Positions 24,220 through 36,414 of a stretch of DNA of 64,000 nucleotides are shown one piece after another; positions within the stretch are counted from its first letter, which is position 1, and each line of letters starts with the position of its first letter. A program made the translations under genes and the position numbers. The notes beneath the pieces were generated by a model, which ran no database searches, was not told the origin of the DNA, and saw only the letters and a program-made list of their open reading frames with translations. Location of the stretch: contig NC_135808.1 in assembly GCF_964213995.1 (NCBI RefSeq), positions 35,030,001 to 35,094,000 of the forward strand. The letters are read 5' to 3'. Source of the DNA: Mustelus asterias (taxonomy: Eukaryota).

Positions 24220-25445
24220 TCCGAAGATGATTGATGAGGGTAGGGCAGTGGATGTTGTCTACATGGACTTCAGTAAGGCCTTTGACAAGGTCCCTCATGG
24301 CAGACTGGTGCAGAAGGTGAAGTCGCATGGGATCAGAGGTGAACTGGCAAGGTGGATACAAAACTGGCTCCATCAAAGAAGACAGAGGGTAGCAGTGGAA
24401 GGGTGCGTTTCTGAATGGAGGGCTGTGACAAGTGGTGTTCCTCAGGGATCAGTGCTGGGACCTTTGCTGTTTGTAATATATATATAAAAGATTTGGAGGA
24501 AAATGTAACTGGATTGATTAGTAAGTTTGCGGACGACACAAAGGTTGGTGGATTTGCGGATAGCGATGAGGACCATCAGAGGGTACAGCAGGATATAGAT
24601 CAGTTGGAGACTTGGGCGGAGAGGTGGCAGATGGAGTTTAATCCGGACAAATGTGAGGTAATACATTTTGGAAGGTCTAATACAAATAGGAAATATACAG
24701 TAAATGGCAGAACCCTTAGGAGTATTGATAGGCAAAGGGATCTGGGTGTACAGGTGCACAGGTCACTGAAAGTGGCAATGCAGGTGGAGAAGATAGTCAA
24801 GAAGGCATACGGCATGCTTGCCTTCATCGGCTGGGGTATTGAGTTTAAAAATTGGCAAATCATGTTGCAACTTTATAGAACCTTAGTGAGGCCGCACTTG
24901 GAACATAGTGTTCAATTCTGGTCGCCACACTACCAGAAGGATGTGGAGACTTTGGAGAGGATACAGAAAAGATTTACTAGGATGTTGCCTGGTATGGAGG
25001 GCATTAGCTATGAGGAGAGGTGGGAGAAACTTGGTTTGTTCTCACTGGAGCGACGGAGGTTGAGGGAAGACCTGATAGAAGTCTACAAGATTATGAGAGG
25101 CATGGACAGAGTGGATAGTCAGAAGCTTTTTCCCAGGGTGGAAGAGTCAATGACTAGGGGGCATAGGTTTAAGGTGCAAGGGGCAAGTTTTAAAAGAGAT
25201 GTACGAGGCAGATTTTTTACACAGAGAGGTGGGTGCCTGGAAATCGTTGCCGGGGGAGGTAGTGGAAGCAGATATGGTAGTGACTTTTAAGGGGCGTCTT
25301 GACGAGTACATGAATGAGATGGGAATAGAGGGATATGGTCCCCAGAAGCGTAGGGGGTTTTAGTTAAGGCAGGCAGCATGGTCGGTGCAGGCTTGAAGGG
25401 CCGAAGGGCCTATTTCTGTGCTGTAATTTTCTTTGTTCTTTGTTC
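24220..25445 (+). mobile_element. 5'-truncated CR1 nested in an older CR1 (host ~23715-24205 and ~25446-25910)
   Basis: RT motifs DFSKAFD, GVPQG, FADD; tail (TTCTTTG)n. The host RT frame resumes after the tail. Confidence 0.88.
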
Positions 25446-26184
25446 CCCAGAGGGAGTGCAACAAAGGTTCACCTGATTCCTGGGATATGAGACATTGGGT
25501 CAACTAGTCCTTTAATCAATAGAATCAATCAACAGAATCTAGAAGAATGAGACATGATCTCATTGAATCGTATAAGATTCTGACAGGGCTGGATAGACTG
25601 GCTGCAGGGATGTTGTTCCATCTGGCTGGAGGGTGTAGAATAAGGGATCACAGTCTCAGGATACATTTAGGACTGAGATGAGGTGAAGCTCCTTCACTCA
25701 GAGAATGATGAACCTGTGGAATTCTCTACCATAGAAAGTTGCGGAGGCCAAATCACTAAAAGAAAGAAATTATAGCTTTCTAGTTTCTAAAGGGGTATGA
25801 GGAGAGCATGGGAGCATTGGGTTGAGAAAGAGGATTAGCCACGATCATATTGAATGGTGGAACAGGCTCGATAGGCCAAATGACATATTCCTGCTCGTAC
25901 TTTCTATGGATCTAGGTAATAGCAGACTGGAGAAACAGCAGAAAAATGTCTAGAAGACCCTTCATTTACAAAACAAAGCAATCGAGCTTTGCAAAGAAAA
26001 GGAAAACCTATGAAGGACCTTCATATGTTACAAGATCTCTCAGGTCAAAATTTGTTCCTCTGGAAAATTGTGAAGAGGGGCAAATGAAATATAATGAACT
26101 GAAGAACCATTTGTCAGAGAAGAGCCAGCGATGTTCAACATTCCAGGAGGAAGTCAAGAGGTTACAAGAAAGTGTTTGCAAAGC

Positions 26185-27815
26185 TGGAGAACTAGCTGAA
26201 TATTTTTCATCTGTATTCACTAAGGAGGAAGACATTGCAGCTTCAGATTCTTGTTGGGATAGTGAAATTCTGGAGGATATTAAGATTAATAAGGAGGAGG
26301 TGTTAGATGTTTTAGCAGGCATAAAGGTACATAAATCCCCAGGGCCTGATGAGGCTGCTATGGGAGGCAAGAGAGGAGATTGCAGGGACCCTGATGGAGA
26401 TATTTAAATCTTCACTGGCCACAGGCGAAGTGCAAGATGACAGGAAGATAGCTAATGTGGTACCTTTACTCAAGAAATGCAGCAGGGTTAAGCCTACAGG
26501 CCAGTTAGTCTAACATAAATAGTAGGGAAGTTTTTGGAAATTCTGAGGGACAGGATTAATCAACACTTGGAAAGGCAGGGATTGATCAGGGATAGTCAGC
26601 ACAGATTAGTTGGTGGGAGATTCTGTCTAACTAATTTAATTGAGTTTTTTGAAAAGAAAGCTAAATATATTGATGAGGGTAGTGCAGTTGATGTGGTTTA
26701 CGTGGATTTCAGTAAGGCCTTTGATAAGGTCCCACATGGAAGGCTGGTCCAAAAGATTACAGCTCATGGGATCCAAGGCAAATTGGCAAATTGAATCCAA
26801 AATTGGCTTGTTGATAGGAGGCAAAGGATGATGGTGGAGAGCTGCTTTTGTGATTGGAAGCCTGTGACCAGGGGACCCCTGCTGTTTGTTATATACATTA
26901 ATAACTTGGATGTGAATGTAGAAAGTATAATTAGTAAGTTTGCAGATTACATGAAAATTGGTGGTGTTGTTGATAGTGAGGAGGATAGTCTTTTGCTACA
27001 GACTGATATTGATCAGCTGGTAAGCTGGGCAGAGCAATTGCAGTTGGAATTTAATCCTGATAAGTGTGAGGTGGTGCATTTTGGAATAATAAGGGTAGGA
27101 TATGCACGATTAACGGTAGGTCCCTAGGGAGTATTGAGGAGCAAAGGGACCTTGGTGTACAAGTCCATAGATCCCTGAAGGTGGCAGCACAAGTAGATAG
27201 GGTTGTGAAGAAGGCATACAGAATGCCTTCATTAGCCGGATATAGAATGTAGGAGCAGGGAGGTCTTGGTACAACTTCATAAAACATTGGTTAGGCCACA
27301 GATGGAGTATTGTGTGCAGTTCCGGTCGCCACACTATCAGAAGGACATTATTGCACTGGAGAGGGTGCAGAGGAGATTCATCAAGCTGTTGTCTGGGTTG
27401 GAAAGTTTCAGCTATGAGGAGGAACTGGACAGGCTGGGTTTGTTTTCTCTGGAACAGAGGAGGCTGAGGGAGGATCTGATATAGGTATACAAAACTATGG
27501 GAGGCGTAGTAGCTCATAAGATTCTAAATCACAGTAGGTCATAGGTTTAAGGTGAGGAGTCAGTGGTTTAGAGGGAATCTGAGGAAAATGTTTTTCACCC
27601 AGAGGATGATGGAAATTTGGAACGTGCTGCCTGAGAGAGTGGTAGAGGCGAGTACTCTCATAACATTTAAACAGCATCTGGACAAGCACTTAAATCGCCA
27701 AGGCAATTGGACCAAATGTTGGTAAATGGGATGAATATAAATTGGTATTTGATGGTTGGCATAGACACAGTGGACTGAAGGGCCTATTTCTGTGCTGTAT
27801 GACTCTATGACTATG
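26185..27815 (+). mobile_element. Degenerate 5'-truncated CR1 LINE
   Basis: Frameshifted RT pieces (KSPGPD, DFSKAFD, RVQRRF) and a TATGACTC tail. Confidence 0.85.
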
Positions 27816-28214
27816 AAAAGAGGAGGCATTGAAATGAAAAGATGAAGAGTCTTCTGAACAGATAACAGAATTACAGAACTGAAACTAGTTAAACTTCACC
27901 AGAGACAGACCTGGCCAACAGTAAAACCAAATGAAGAAGGACAAAGCTCTGCTGCAGATAGAGAAAGCCAGCATGCAGCTCACAAGCTGCACAACCAACT
28001 TTTTTTTTCAGATCATCCAAAACTTTGTGCAAAACAAAATGGAGGCGAGGCTCACGCTGTTACGTTGGGGGGGACTGGAGGAGAGGGGGGAGGGGGGACG
28101 GGGGGGTATGGGGGGGAGAGGGGGACGGGGGGAGGGGGACGGGGGGGGGACAGGGGGGAGCTGGCAGCTAGGAATCGAGAGCTCTATTATAAAACACAGG
28201 AACCCCCACCCCAG

Positions 28215-28470
28215 CACATACAAGGGAACCCCCCATCCCGACACACACAAGGGACCCCCCCACCCTGACACATACAAGGGAACCCCCCACCCTGACACAT
28301 ACAAGGGACCCCCCCATCCCGACACATATACGGGAAACCCCCCCAACCCCCCCACACCCCCCTCACCCCGAAACATACAAGGGAACCTACCCCTACACAT
28401 ACAAGGGAAGCTCCACTCCGAAACATACAAGGGAACCCCCTCCACCCCGACACATAGAAGGGAACCCCCC
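28215..28470. repeat. 27-bp C-rich minisatellite (CACATACAAGGGAACCCCCCAYCCYGA)
   Basis: About 5 good copies followed by degenerate ones. This explains the TYKGTPHPD ORF repeat. Confidence 0.8.
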
Positions 28471-28768
28471 ACCCCCCACCACTCCACCCCCCGCTCCCCC
28501 CACACACCCCCACCGACTGGAAATCTATCTACTTTAAAGCCCGCTAGAACAGCTAACACCTCTTCCCTCTCAATGCTAATCCATTCAATTGTATCACACT
28601 CACCCTTCTCTGCTTTCTATGACTATATTGTCCTTCTCCACAGCGAATGCAGATGCAAAATACTCAATTAGTGCCTCACCTATATCTTCAGTCACCACAC
28701 AGAGGTTGCCACTTTGGTCCCCATTCTTTCCCTGGTTATCTGCTTGCCCTTTACAAACTTGTAAAACA

Positions 28769-29284
28769 CATAGAACATATAGAACAGTACAGCACAGATG
28801 TTGTGCCGACCTTCATCTGAAACCAAGATCAAGCTATCCCACTCCCTACCATCCTGGTGTGCTCCATGTGCCTATCCAATAACCGCTTAAATGATCCTAA
28901 AGTGTCTGACTCCACTATCACTGCAGGCAGTCCATTCCACACCCCAACCACTCTCTGCGTGAAGAACCTACCTCTGATATCCTTCCTATATCTCCCACCA
29001 TGAACCCTATAGTTATGCCCCCTTGTAATAGCTCCATCCACCCGAGGAAATAGTCTTTGAACGTTCACTCGATCTATCCCCTTCATCATTTTATAAACCT
29101 CTATTAAGTCTCCCCTCAATCTCCTCCGCTCCAGAGAGAACAGCCCCAGCTCCCTCAACCTTTCCTCATAAGACCGACACTCCAAACCAGGCAGCATCCT
29201 GGTAAATCTCCTCTGCACTCTTTCCAGCGCTTCCACATCCTTCTTATAGTGAGGTGACCAGAACTGCACGCAATATTCCAAATG
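28769..29284 (-). mobile_element. Short 5'-truncated CR1 3' end (same subfamily as 46904-48125)
   Basis: ORF 28829-29281 is near-identical to the C-terminal part of ORF 46981-47700. Confidence 0.9.
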
Positions 29285-29399
29285 CTTTGGGATTATTTTG
29301 CCTGCCAGTGTTCTTCATGCCCCCTCTTCACTCTCCTAATTTCATTTTTAAGTACATCCTTGCATCTTTTATACCCCTTGAGGGCATCCACTGTTTTGA

Positions 29400-30386
29400 G
29401 CCAGAAATGCATGTGCATCTCCCAGAGCTGGCGAACAATCGGCCGGTCAGACCATGCTGGAAACCGTCGGGAAGGCAGGTAAGTTATTTGAATCTGTTTT
29501 AAATGTATTTTAAATATGTTTTCAATGTAATTATCGGGAACTTACCAGTACCAATTGAATCTCCCACTCCACCAGGAGTACTTCATTCCGGCAGGGTTTA
29601 GAGTAGCTCCCCACATTTGGGGAACTAGCGGGGGACCCCGCTGGAATGAAGGGAGGCAATCAGGACCCCCAAGAGGGTCGGGCAGTGGGGGGGTGGTGCC
29701 CCCCGAGCTTGAGCACCCTGGCAGTGCCAGCCTGTGTCCCCTGGCACTGCCCAAGGGGCAAAGTGCCCATGCCCAAGAGGCACCTTGGCACTGCCCATCA
29801 GGCATCAGGCAGTGCCAAAGAGGCAGGGCCTACAGTGAATAGGGCCGAGGGGCGATCGGTGGGGGCAGGGGTCCTGCTGCCACTCTGCACGGCGATTGGT
29901 CTGGGATGGAGGGAGGGCAGCGATTGGGGTGGGGTGGGCTTGGGGGGGGGGGGGGGGGGTCTGCCCAGGGAAGGGGGGTGGTCTGACCCTTGGAGGAGGG
30001 GGGAGGTCTGCAGGGGTGAGGGGGGTGGAGGGATTGCCACTGCTGGGGGGGGAGTGGGCTGTACATTGGGGCGCTGGGGGACAGGGGGGGGGTCAGGGCT
30101 GGCCCAGGAATTGTTGTGGGGGCCACGATCAGGCCAGCGATTGAGCTGGCCAGCAAATGGGGAGTCTGACAGATCGGAGCCACTGCGCGTGCGCAGAGTT
30201 CCAGAACTGTCAGACTCTGGCGTGAATAGGCGTCCCCCTCCACCCCCCCCGCCGGGTTTTTAATGAGATTCACGACTGGGACCTCTGCAATGCACAGAGC
30301 GGGAAGATTCGAGAAGCTGAACTGACAAAACAGTCGGGATCAAACAGTTTTCCCACCAATTCAGCACTTCTGGGAGAATCAGGGCC
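29400..30386. mobile_element. GC-rich interspersed element, probably a non-autonomous DNA transposon
   Basis: Abrupt GC/CpG-rich block ending in GGGAGAATCAGGGCC, resembling the termini of the short MITE-like copies at 45501-45638 and 49743-49875. Internal TGGCAGTGCCA/GGCACTGCC palindromes. Confidence 0.45.
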
Positions 30387-30389
30387 TTT

Positions 30390-31660
30390 ATTTCCGTTCC
30401 ATTTTGTGTTCTTTTCCATAATTACCTTAAATCTTGGGAGTTATGGTCACTATCACCAAAATGCTCTCCCACTGACACTTCTACCATCTGCCTGGCTTCA
30501 TTCCCTAAAATTAGGTCAAGTACCATCCCCTATCTTGTAGGACTTTCTACATGCTAGCTCAAAATGTTCTCCTCGATGCACTTAAAGAATTCCACCTCCT
30601 CGAAGCCTATCCCAATTAATATTGGGGAAGTTGAAATCGCCTACCATTATTATCCTATTATTTTACACTTCACTGAGATTTGTCTATATATCTGCTCTCC
30701 TATCTCTCTGTGATTGTTTGAGGGCCTATAGTACACTTCCAGCACTGTGATTGCCCTCTTTTTGTTTTTGGGTTTCCCCAAATGGCCTCAATTGAGGAGC
30801 CTGCTAAGATATTATCCCTCCTCACTGCAGTAATTGGCTCCTTGATCAATAGTGCCACACCATATCCTCTTTTACACGCCTTCAGTTCATCAGCCACATG
30901 TGTCAGACTCCTTGCATTAAAATAAGTGCCATCCAACCTTGCATATTCCTATGTGCTTTAACATGTCTGTCTTTGCATTGCCTTCTAGACTGACTTAGTT
31001 TTTCTTTCATATTTGGTTGTGCATCACCTCTCCCCCCCAACTGTACCTCCACTCTGTGACTTGTCCACTTGCCAAATTAGTCCATACCTTCCCCCAACAG
31101 CACTAAGCAAACCTCTCGCAAGGGTTTTAGCCCCATTCCGGTTCAGGTACAACCCATCCAACTTTTACCCATCTCACCTTTCCCAGAAAAGGATCTAGTG
31201 ATTCAGGAAACTAAACGCCTGCACCAACTCCTCAACCAAGAACATCTATCTATCCTTTTCCTATATTTACTAGCACATGGAACCGGGAGTAATCCAGAGA
31301 TTCCAACCTTTGAGGTTCTACTTTTCAATCTGTGACATAGCTACCTAAATTCTTGCTGCAGGACCTTGTCCCTCTTTCTGCCTAGGTTATTGGTACTGAT
31401 GTGAACCATGACCTCTAACTGTTCACCCTCCCCCTTCAGAATACCCTACAGCTGTTTTGTTACATCCTTGATCTTGGCACCAGGGAGGCAACACACCATC
31501 CTGGAGTCACTTCTGTGGCCACAGAAATGCCTGTCGGCATCCCTCACTATGAGTCTCCTACTCCTATTGCTCTACTGCTCTTACTCATCCCCTTTGTGCA
31601 GCTGAGCCACCCACAGTGCCGCGAACTTGGCTCTGGCTGCACTCCCCAGTGGAACAATCA
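30390..31660 (-). mobile_element. Old CR1 fragment spanning the ORF1 esterase end and ORF2 endonuclease
   Basis: YFNARS and GVALLIKE motifs on the minus strand; esterase-like remnants at 31100-31560. Confidence 0.7.
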
Positions 31661-33903
31661 TTCTCACTATGATCCAACACAGAAAACACAGTTGTGGTGC
31701 AGTGTTCTATAAAGCAAAACAAGCAATGACTATTCTTTAGAAATTGGCTGTTTTTTACCACAGGACACGTCCAGATCTATCGAAGCACAAGAAGCACATC
31801 TTCAGCATGGAGATGGTTAGGTGGATTGGCCATACTAAATTCTCCCTTAGTGTTAGGGGAACTAGCTAGGGTAAATGCATGGGCTAATTGGGGTTGGGCC
31901 GGGGTGGGATTATGGTCGGTGCAGACTTGATGGGCCAAATGGCCTCCTGCACTGTAGGATTCTATGATTCTGTGATAATTTTTTGCATCATTAACTTCCA
32001 GGAAGATTATGGAGGACCACACAGAAAAAGAAAACCTGGGTCCAGTCAATGAATAAACGTAGTGAACATTTCCTCCGGAAGGAACAAGATAAGCCAATGA
32101 TATCTGACCAAAGAAGACGATGGTTGATAAGGAAAAATAGGACACAGAAAAGCGTGAGAAGCAAATCATTTAAAGAGACTCAAGTATCTGAAACAACAAA
32201 TACTACAATAGAAACTCCAAACATGCACAGTCAGGCTGAAGCAACTGCGACTACACCTCCTCTGAATGTGAAAAGAACAAGTCATAAAGCTTCCAGATTG
32301 TCTGAACTTGTAAAATCAGAGACTTTAGGCGGAAAGCATGGAGAGTGTATTGTAAATATAGTTGGGTAAAGACTTGGAAGGGGAAGATATGGTACAAAGG
32401 TGTTTCGGAGAGTAATGTGGGACTACAGAGGCAGTACCGCCCATTTTCTGATGTACAGATTCACATAATAGTGGACTGAGTATAGCAGTAAGGTCTTTTA
32501 GGAGCTAGCACAAGGTAGCACCAAATCATACAGTGCAGAAGAGGCCATTCAGCCCATTGAGTCGGCACCGACTCTCTGACAGAGTAATTTACCCAGGCCC
32601 TCTCCACTGACCTGTCCCTGCACATTTACCATGATACATTAACTAACCTACACATCTTGGGAAACTAAAGGGCAATTTAGCATGGCCAATCCACCTAACC
32701 AGACCCACGCAATCACAGGGAGAACGTGCAAACTCTACACAGTCACCCAAGGCCAGAATTGAACCCAGGTCCCTGATGCTGTGAGGCAGCAGTACTAACT
32801 ACTGTGCTACCATGCCGTCCATAATGAGAGCTATATCTCAGAGATAGTTATATAGTTATGATTTACTAATAAACATTTAACCGTACCAGCTTCCAGGCCT
32901 CTGTGTGAGACACCAGACAACAATACCCCCCTTCTCTTTCTTCACACTCCAATCTCCCTCCTCTTCACCACCCCCCTCCCCCTCATCCCATCTCAGCTCT
33001 CAGCATCCTTGTAGACTGACACTGTCCCAGTCTCGGTCCTTCCACAGCTGAGAGCTGACTTTCCTGATGCTCTGCAGTTCAAACACACTCACCATTTTCC
33101 TCACAATGTGTACCCCAGCCCAATCCTTTGTGGATGGACAATTATGTTAATTCCAAAAACTGTATGCTGAGGGAGAATGAATGAAGCTTGTCTGTGCCTT
33201 AAATCAGGTTTATTTCCCAGAACTCCAATTCCTCCCTGATGATCAGAGTGAACTGGTGTACATATTTGTACAATGATTCCCTAATTTGGCAATGGCTATG
33301 TTGAATTGTCAATTTAAAGCATGCACTTCACGGCAACACAACAACACTAACAACTCACTCCCAACGTCACCTTCAGATTGGGGGAGAATTGAGCCAGGAA
33401 TAAGGATTTCAATTTCTGCTCTACCATGGAAGGTGCTCACTCTCCTTCACCCCTGTCAACCATATCCCACTCCCACCTCGCAATTATCAAGGTGAAAGAT
33501 GGGCACTGCACTTTAGGATGTTCCGAGATTTCCTGTCCTATCCACCCATCTTGTGTTTGTACTGAGACATTGTCAATCCCTAAGATAATCAGCACTGCTC
33601 TAATCAACTGGAACATCCCAGTCAATTGAGTCTTCGAACCTTCCTGCACCATTAGTCTCTGCACCATGCATCAACTTGTTTACATTTAGGCTGAGCACAC
33701 TGGAGTTGCTGCTGATAATCTTTGTGGTTTCCTGTAACTGTTGACCTAATCTGTGGAGCAGTTCTTAAAGCTTTTTGTGTATCTGTTAGACTACAGTTAG
33801 ACAGGGCACAGCTCAAAGGAATTACCCAGTCTGAACTGGGCACAACGCAGAGCCATAAGGATTCCTCACAAACTGTTCAACCAGTCTGTTGAGGGAAGTA
33901 AAA

Positions 33904-33952
33904 ATGATTGGACTGTTAATGCTGCTCCTTTTGTGTGGAGGGGTCACTGCAG
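33904..33952 (+). CDS. UAA: MHC class I exon 1, signal peptide MIGLLMLLLLCGGVTA
   Basis: AAAATG start, hydrophobic core, CAG|GTGAGT donor; phase 1 joins the alpha1 frame (V-SHTLRY). Confidence 0.85.
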
Positions 33953-34024
33953 GTGAGTAATGGGGTCAGAGGAGTCATAGTGTCTGTGCACTGGGGTATT
34001 AACCCTACAGCGAGTAATGATTTC

Positions 34025-34545
34025 TGATTTGAATTATTATTGTCACATAATAACATACAGTGAAAAGTATTGTTTCTTGGACTACACAGACAAGATATAC
34101 TGTACATAGGGAAGGAAAGGAGAGAGTGCAGAATGTGGTGTTACAGTTCATAGCCAGGATGTAGAGAAAGATCAACTTAATGCGAGGTAGGTCCATTCAA
34201 AAGTCTGATGGCAGCAGGAAAGAAGCTGTTCTTGAGTCAGTTGGTACATGTCCTCAGACTTTTGTATCTTTTTCCCGAAGACAGAAGGTGGAAGAGAGAA
34301 TGTCCGGGGTGCATGGGGTCCTTGATTATGCTGGCTGCTTTTTTGAGGCAGCGGGAAGTGTAGGCAGTGTCAATGGATAGGAGGCACGTTTGCATGATGG
34401 ACTGGGCTTTGTTCACGACTCTTTGTAGTTTATTGCAGTCTTGGACAGAACAGGAGTCATACCAAGCTGTGATACAACCAGAAATAATGCTTTTCTATGG
34501 TGCATCTGTAAAATTTGGTGAGAGTCATAGTGGACATGCCTAATA
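34025..34545 (-). mobile_element. Rex1/Babar-like LINE 3' fragment in MHC intron 1
   Basis: Minus strand reads HPGHSLFHLLSSGKRYKSLRT...KNSFFPAAIRLLN. Confidence 0.75.
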
Positions 34546-34816
34546 TCTTCTAAACTCATCGAAATACATACCAACTCGATGTAATTTTTTTTTATTAATT
34601 GGTGGATATGGCCATTGCTGGCTGGGCTAGCATTAATTGCCTATTCCTAATTGTCCCTAATTCAGTGGCTCAGAGGGCAGTTAAGAGTCAACGACATTGC
34701 TTTGGAACTGGAGCCCCTGCAAATAAATCCCAACACAACAGTCTGGCATCTGCTCTGGAGTCACATGTCACCAAAGAATTTTTAGCTGAAAAATAACTTA
34801 ATTTGAAGAAGTTGGA

Positions 34817-36092
34817 GTTGTGTTGGGGTTTATTTACAGGGGCTCTGTGCTGTGTTGGGGTTTATTTACAGGGGCTCTGTGCTGTGTTGGGGTTTATTTA
34901 CAGGGGGCTGTGTGTTGTGTTGGGGTTTATTGACAGGGGGCTGTGTGTTGTGTTGGGGTTTATTGACAGGGGGCTGTGTGTTGTGTTGGGGTTTATTGAC
35001 AGGGGGCTGTGTGTTGTGTTGGGGTTTATTTACAGGGGGCTGTGTGTTGTGTTGGGGTTTATTTACAGGGGATCTGTGTTGTATTGGGGTTTATTTACAG
35101 GGGGCTGTGTGTTGTGTTGGGGTTTATTTACAGGGGATCTGTGCTGTGTTGGGGTTTATTTACAGGGGCTCTGTGCTGTGTTGGGGTTTATTTACAGGGG
35201 GCTGTGTGTTGTGTTGGGGTTTATTGACAGGGGGCTGTGTGTTGTGTTGGGGTTTATTGACAGGGGGCTGTGTGTTGTGTTGGGGTTTATTTACAGGGGG
35301 CTGTGTGTTGTGTTGGGGTTTATTTACAGGGGATCTGTGTTGTATTGGGGTTTATTTACAGGGGGCTGTGTGTTGTGTTGGGGTTTATTGACAGGGGGCT
35401 GTGTGTTGTGTTGGGGTTTATTTACAGGGGGCTGTGTGTTGTGTTGGGGTTTATTTACAGGGGATCTGTGTTGTATTGGGGTTTATTTACAGGGGGCTGT
35501 GTGTTGTGTTGGGGTTTATTGACAGGGGGCTGTGTGTTGTGTTGGGGTTTATTTACAGGGGGCTGTGTGTTGTGTTGGGGTTTATTTACAGGGGATCTGT
35601 GTTGTATTGGGGTTTATTTACAGGGGGCTGTGTGTTGTGTTGGGATTTATTGACAGGGGGCTGTGTGTTGTGTTGGGGTTTATTTACAGGGGGCTGTGTG
35701 TTGTGTTGGGGTTTATTTACAGGGGATCTGTGTTGTATTGGGGTTTATTTACAGGGGGCTCTGTGTTGTGTTGGGGTTTATTTACAGGGGGCTCTGTGTT
35801 GTGTTGGGGTTTATTTACAGGGGGCTGTGTGTTGTGTTGGGGTTTATTTACAGGGGGCTGTGTGTTGTGTTGGGGTTTATTTACAGGGGGCTGTGTGTTG
35901 TGTTGGGGTTTATTTACAGGGGGCTGTGTGTTGTGTTGGGGTTTATTTACAGGGGGCTGTGTGTTGTGTTGGGGTTTATTTACAGGGGGCTGTGTGTTGT
36001 GTTGGGGTTCATTTACAGGGGGCTGTGTGTTGTGTTGAGGTTTATTTACAGGGGGTTCTGTGTTGTGTTGGGGTTTATTTACAGGGGGCTCT
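34817..36092. repeat. 33/32-bp GT-rich minisatellite, ~39 copies, in MHC intron 1
   Basis: Unit GTGTTGTGTTGGGGTTTATTTACAGGGGGCTGT with variants TATTGAC and GGGGATCT. Confidence 0.97.
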
Positions 36093-36153
36093 GATGTCTC
36101 TGTCTCTTGCCCTCTGTGGGGTTCATACCCTATCATCTGTCTCTCTGTTTCAG

Positions 36154-36414
36154 TCTCTCACACACTCCGGTATTTCTACACTGCGATGACTCCAATTCCT
36201 GGCCTTCCCGAATTTGTAGCTGTTGGCTTTGTAGATGAGATCCCGATTGATTACTACGACAGTGATCTTCGGAAATTGGTTCCACAGCAGCAATGGATGG
36301 AACAGTCTCAGAGCGCTGAATACTGGGAGCAGCAGACACAGTTCCTGAGGAGCTCCGAGCATGTTGGACAGACCAATATTCAGACAGCCTTAAATCGCAC
36401 CAACCAGAGTGGCG
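36154..36414 (+). CDS. UAA: MHC class I alpha1 exon
   Basis: SHTLRYFYTAMTPIPGLPEFVAVGFVD...EYWEQQT...NRTNQSG with Y7, Y59, R84 and the N86 sequon. Acceptor TTTCAG, donor GTGAGC, 261 bp. Confidence 0.95.

Larger units (their letters stand above)
22290..32920 (+). mobile_element. Heavily fragmented degenerate Gypsy-like LTR retrotransposon acting as a landing pad for younger insertions
   Basis: gag-like QNWMSW and ADEVIQ...FNEILNAFDKHF at 22340-22540. A-rich coding-like pieces between later insertions. PPT-like AAGGGGAAGAT at ~32378 followed by an LTR-like segment with AATAAA. Confidence 0.4.

Noticed and set aside
27931-28671. 246-aa Gly/Pro-rich ORF
   Set aside because: It spans G-rich low complexity and a 27-bp minisatellite within transposon debris; no domain or splice support.
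29542-30273. Several overlapping GC-rich ORFs resembling a CpG-island gene
   Set aside because: Stop-poor GC-rich interspersed repeat sitting within old LINE sequence; translations are low complexity.
33000-33903. MHC class I S-X-Y/ISRE/kappaB promoter module
   Set aside because: I could not identify convincing, correctly spaced motifs by eye.
34803-36189. Long Cys/Gly/hydrophobic repeat ORFs, and a superficial CRISPR-like look
   Set aside because: These are translations of a head-to-tail 33-bp minisatellite with no unique spacers, inside an intron.
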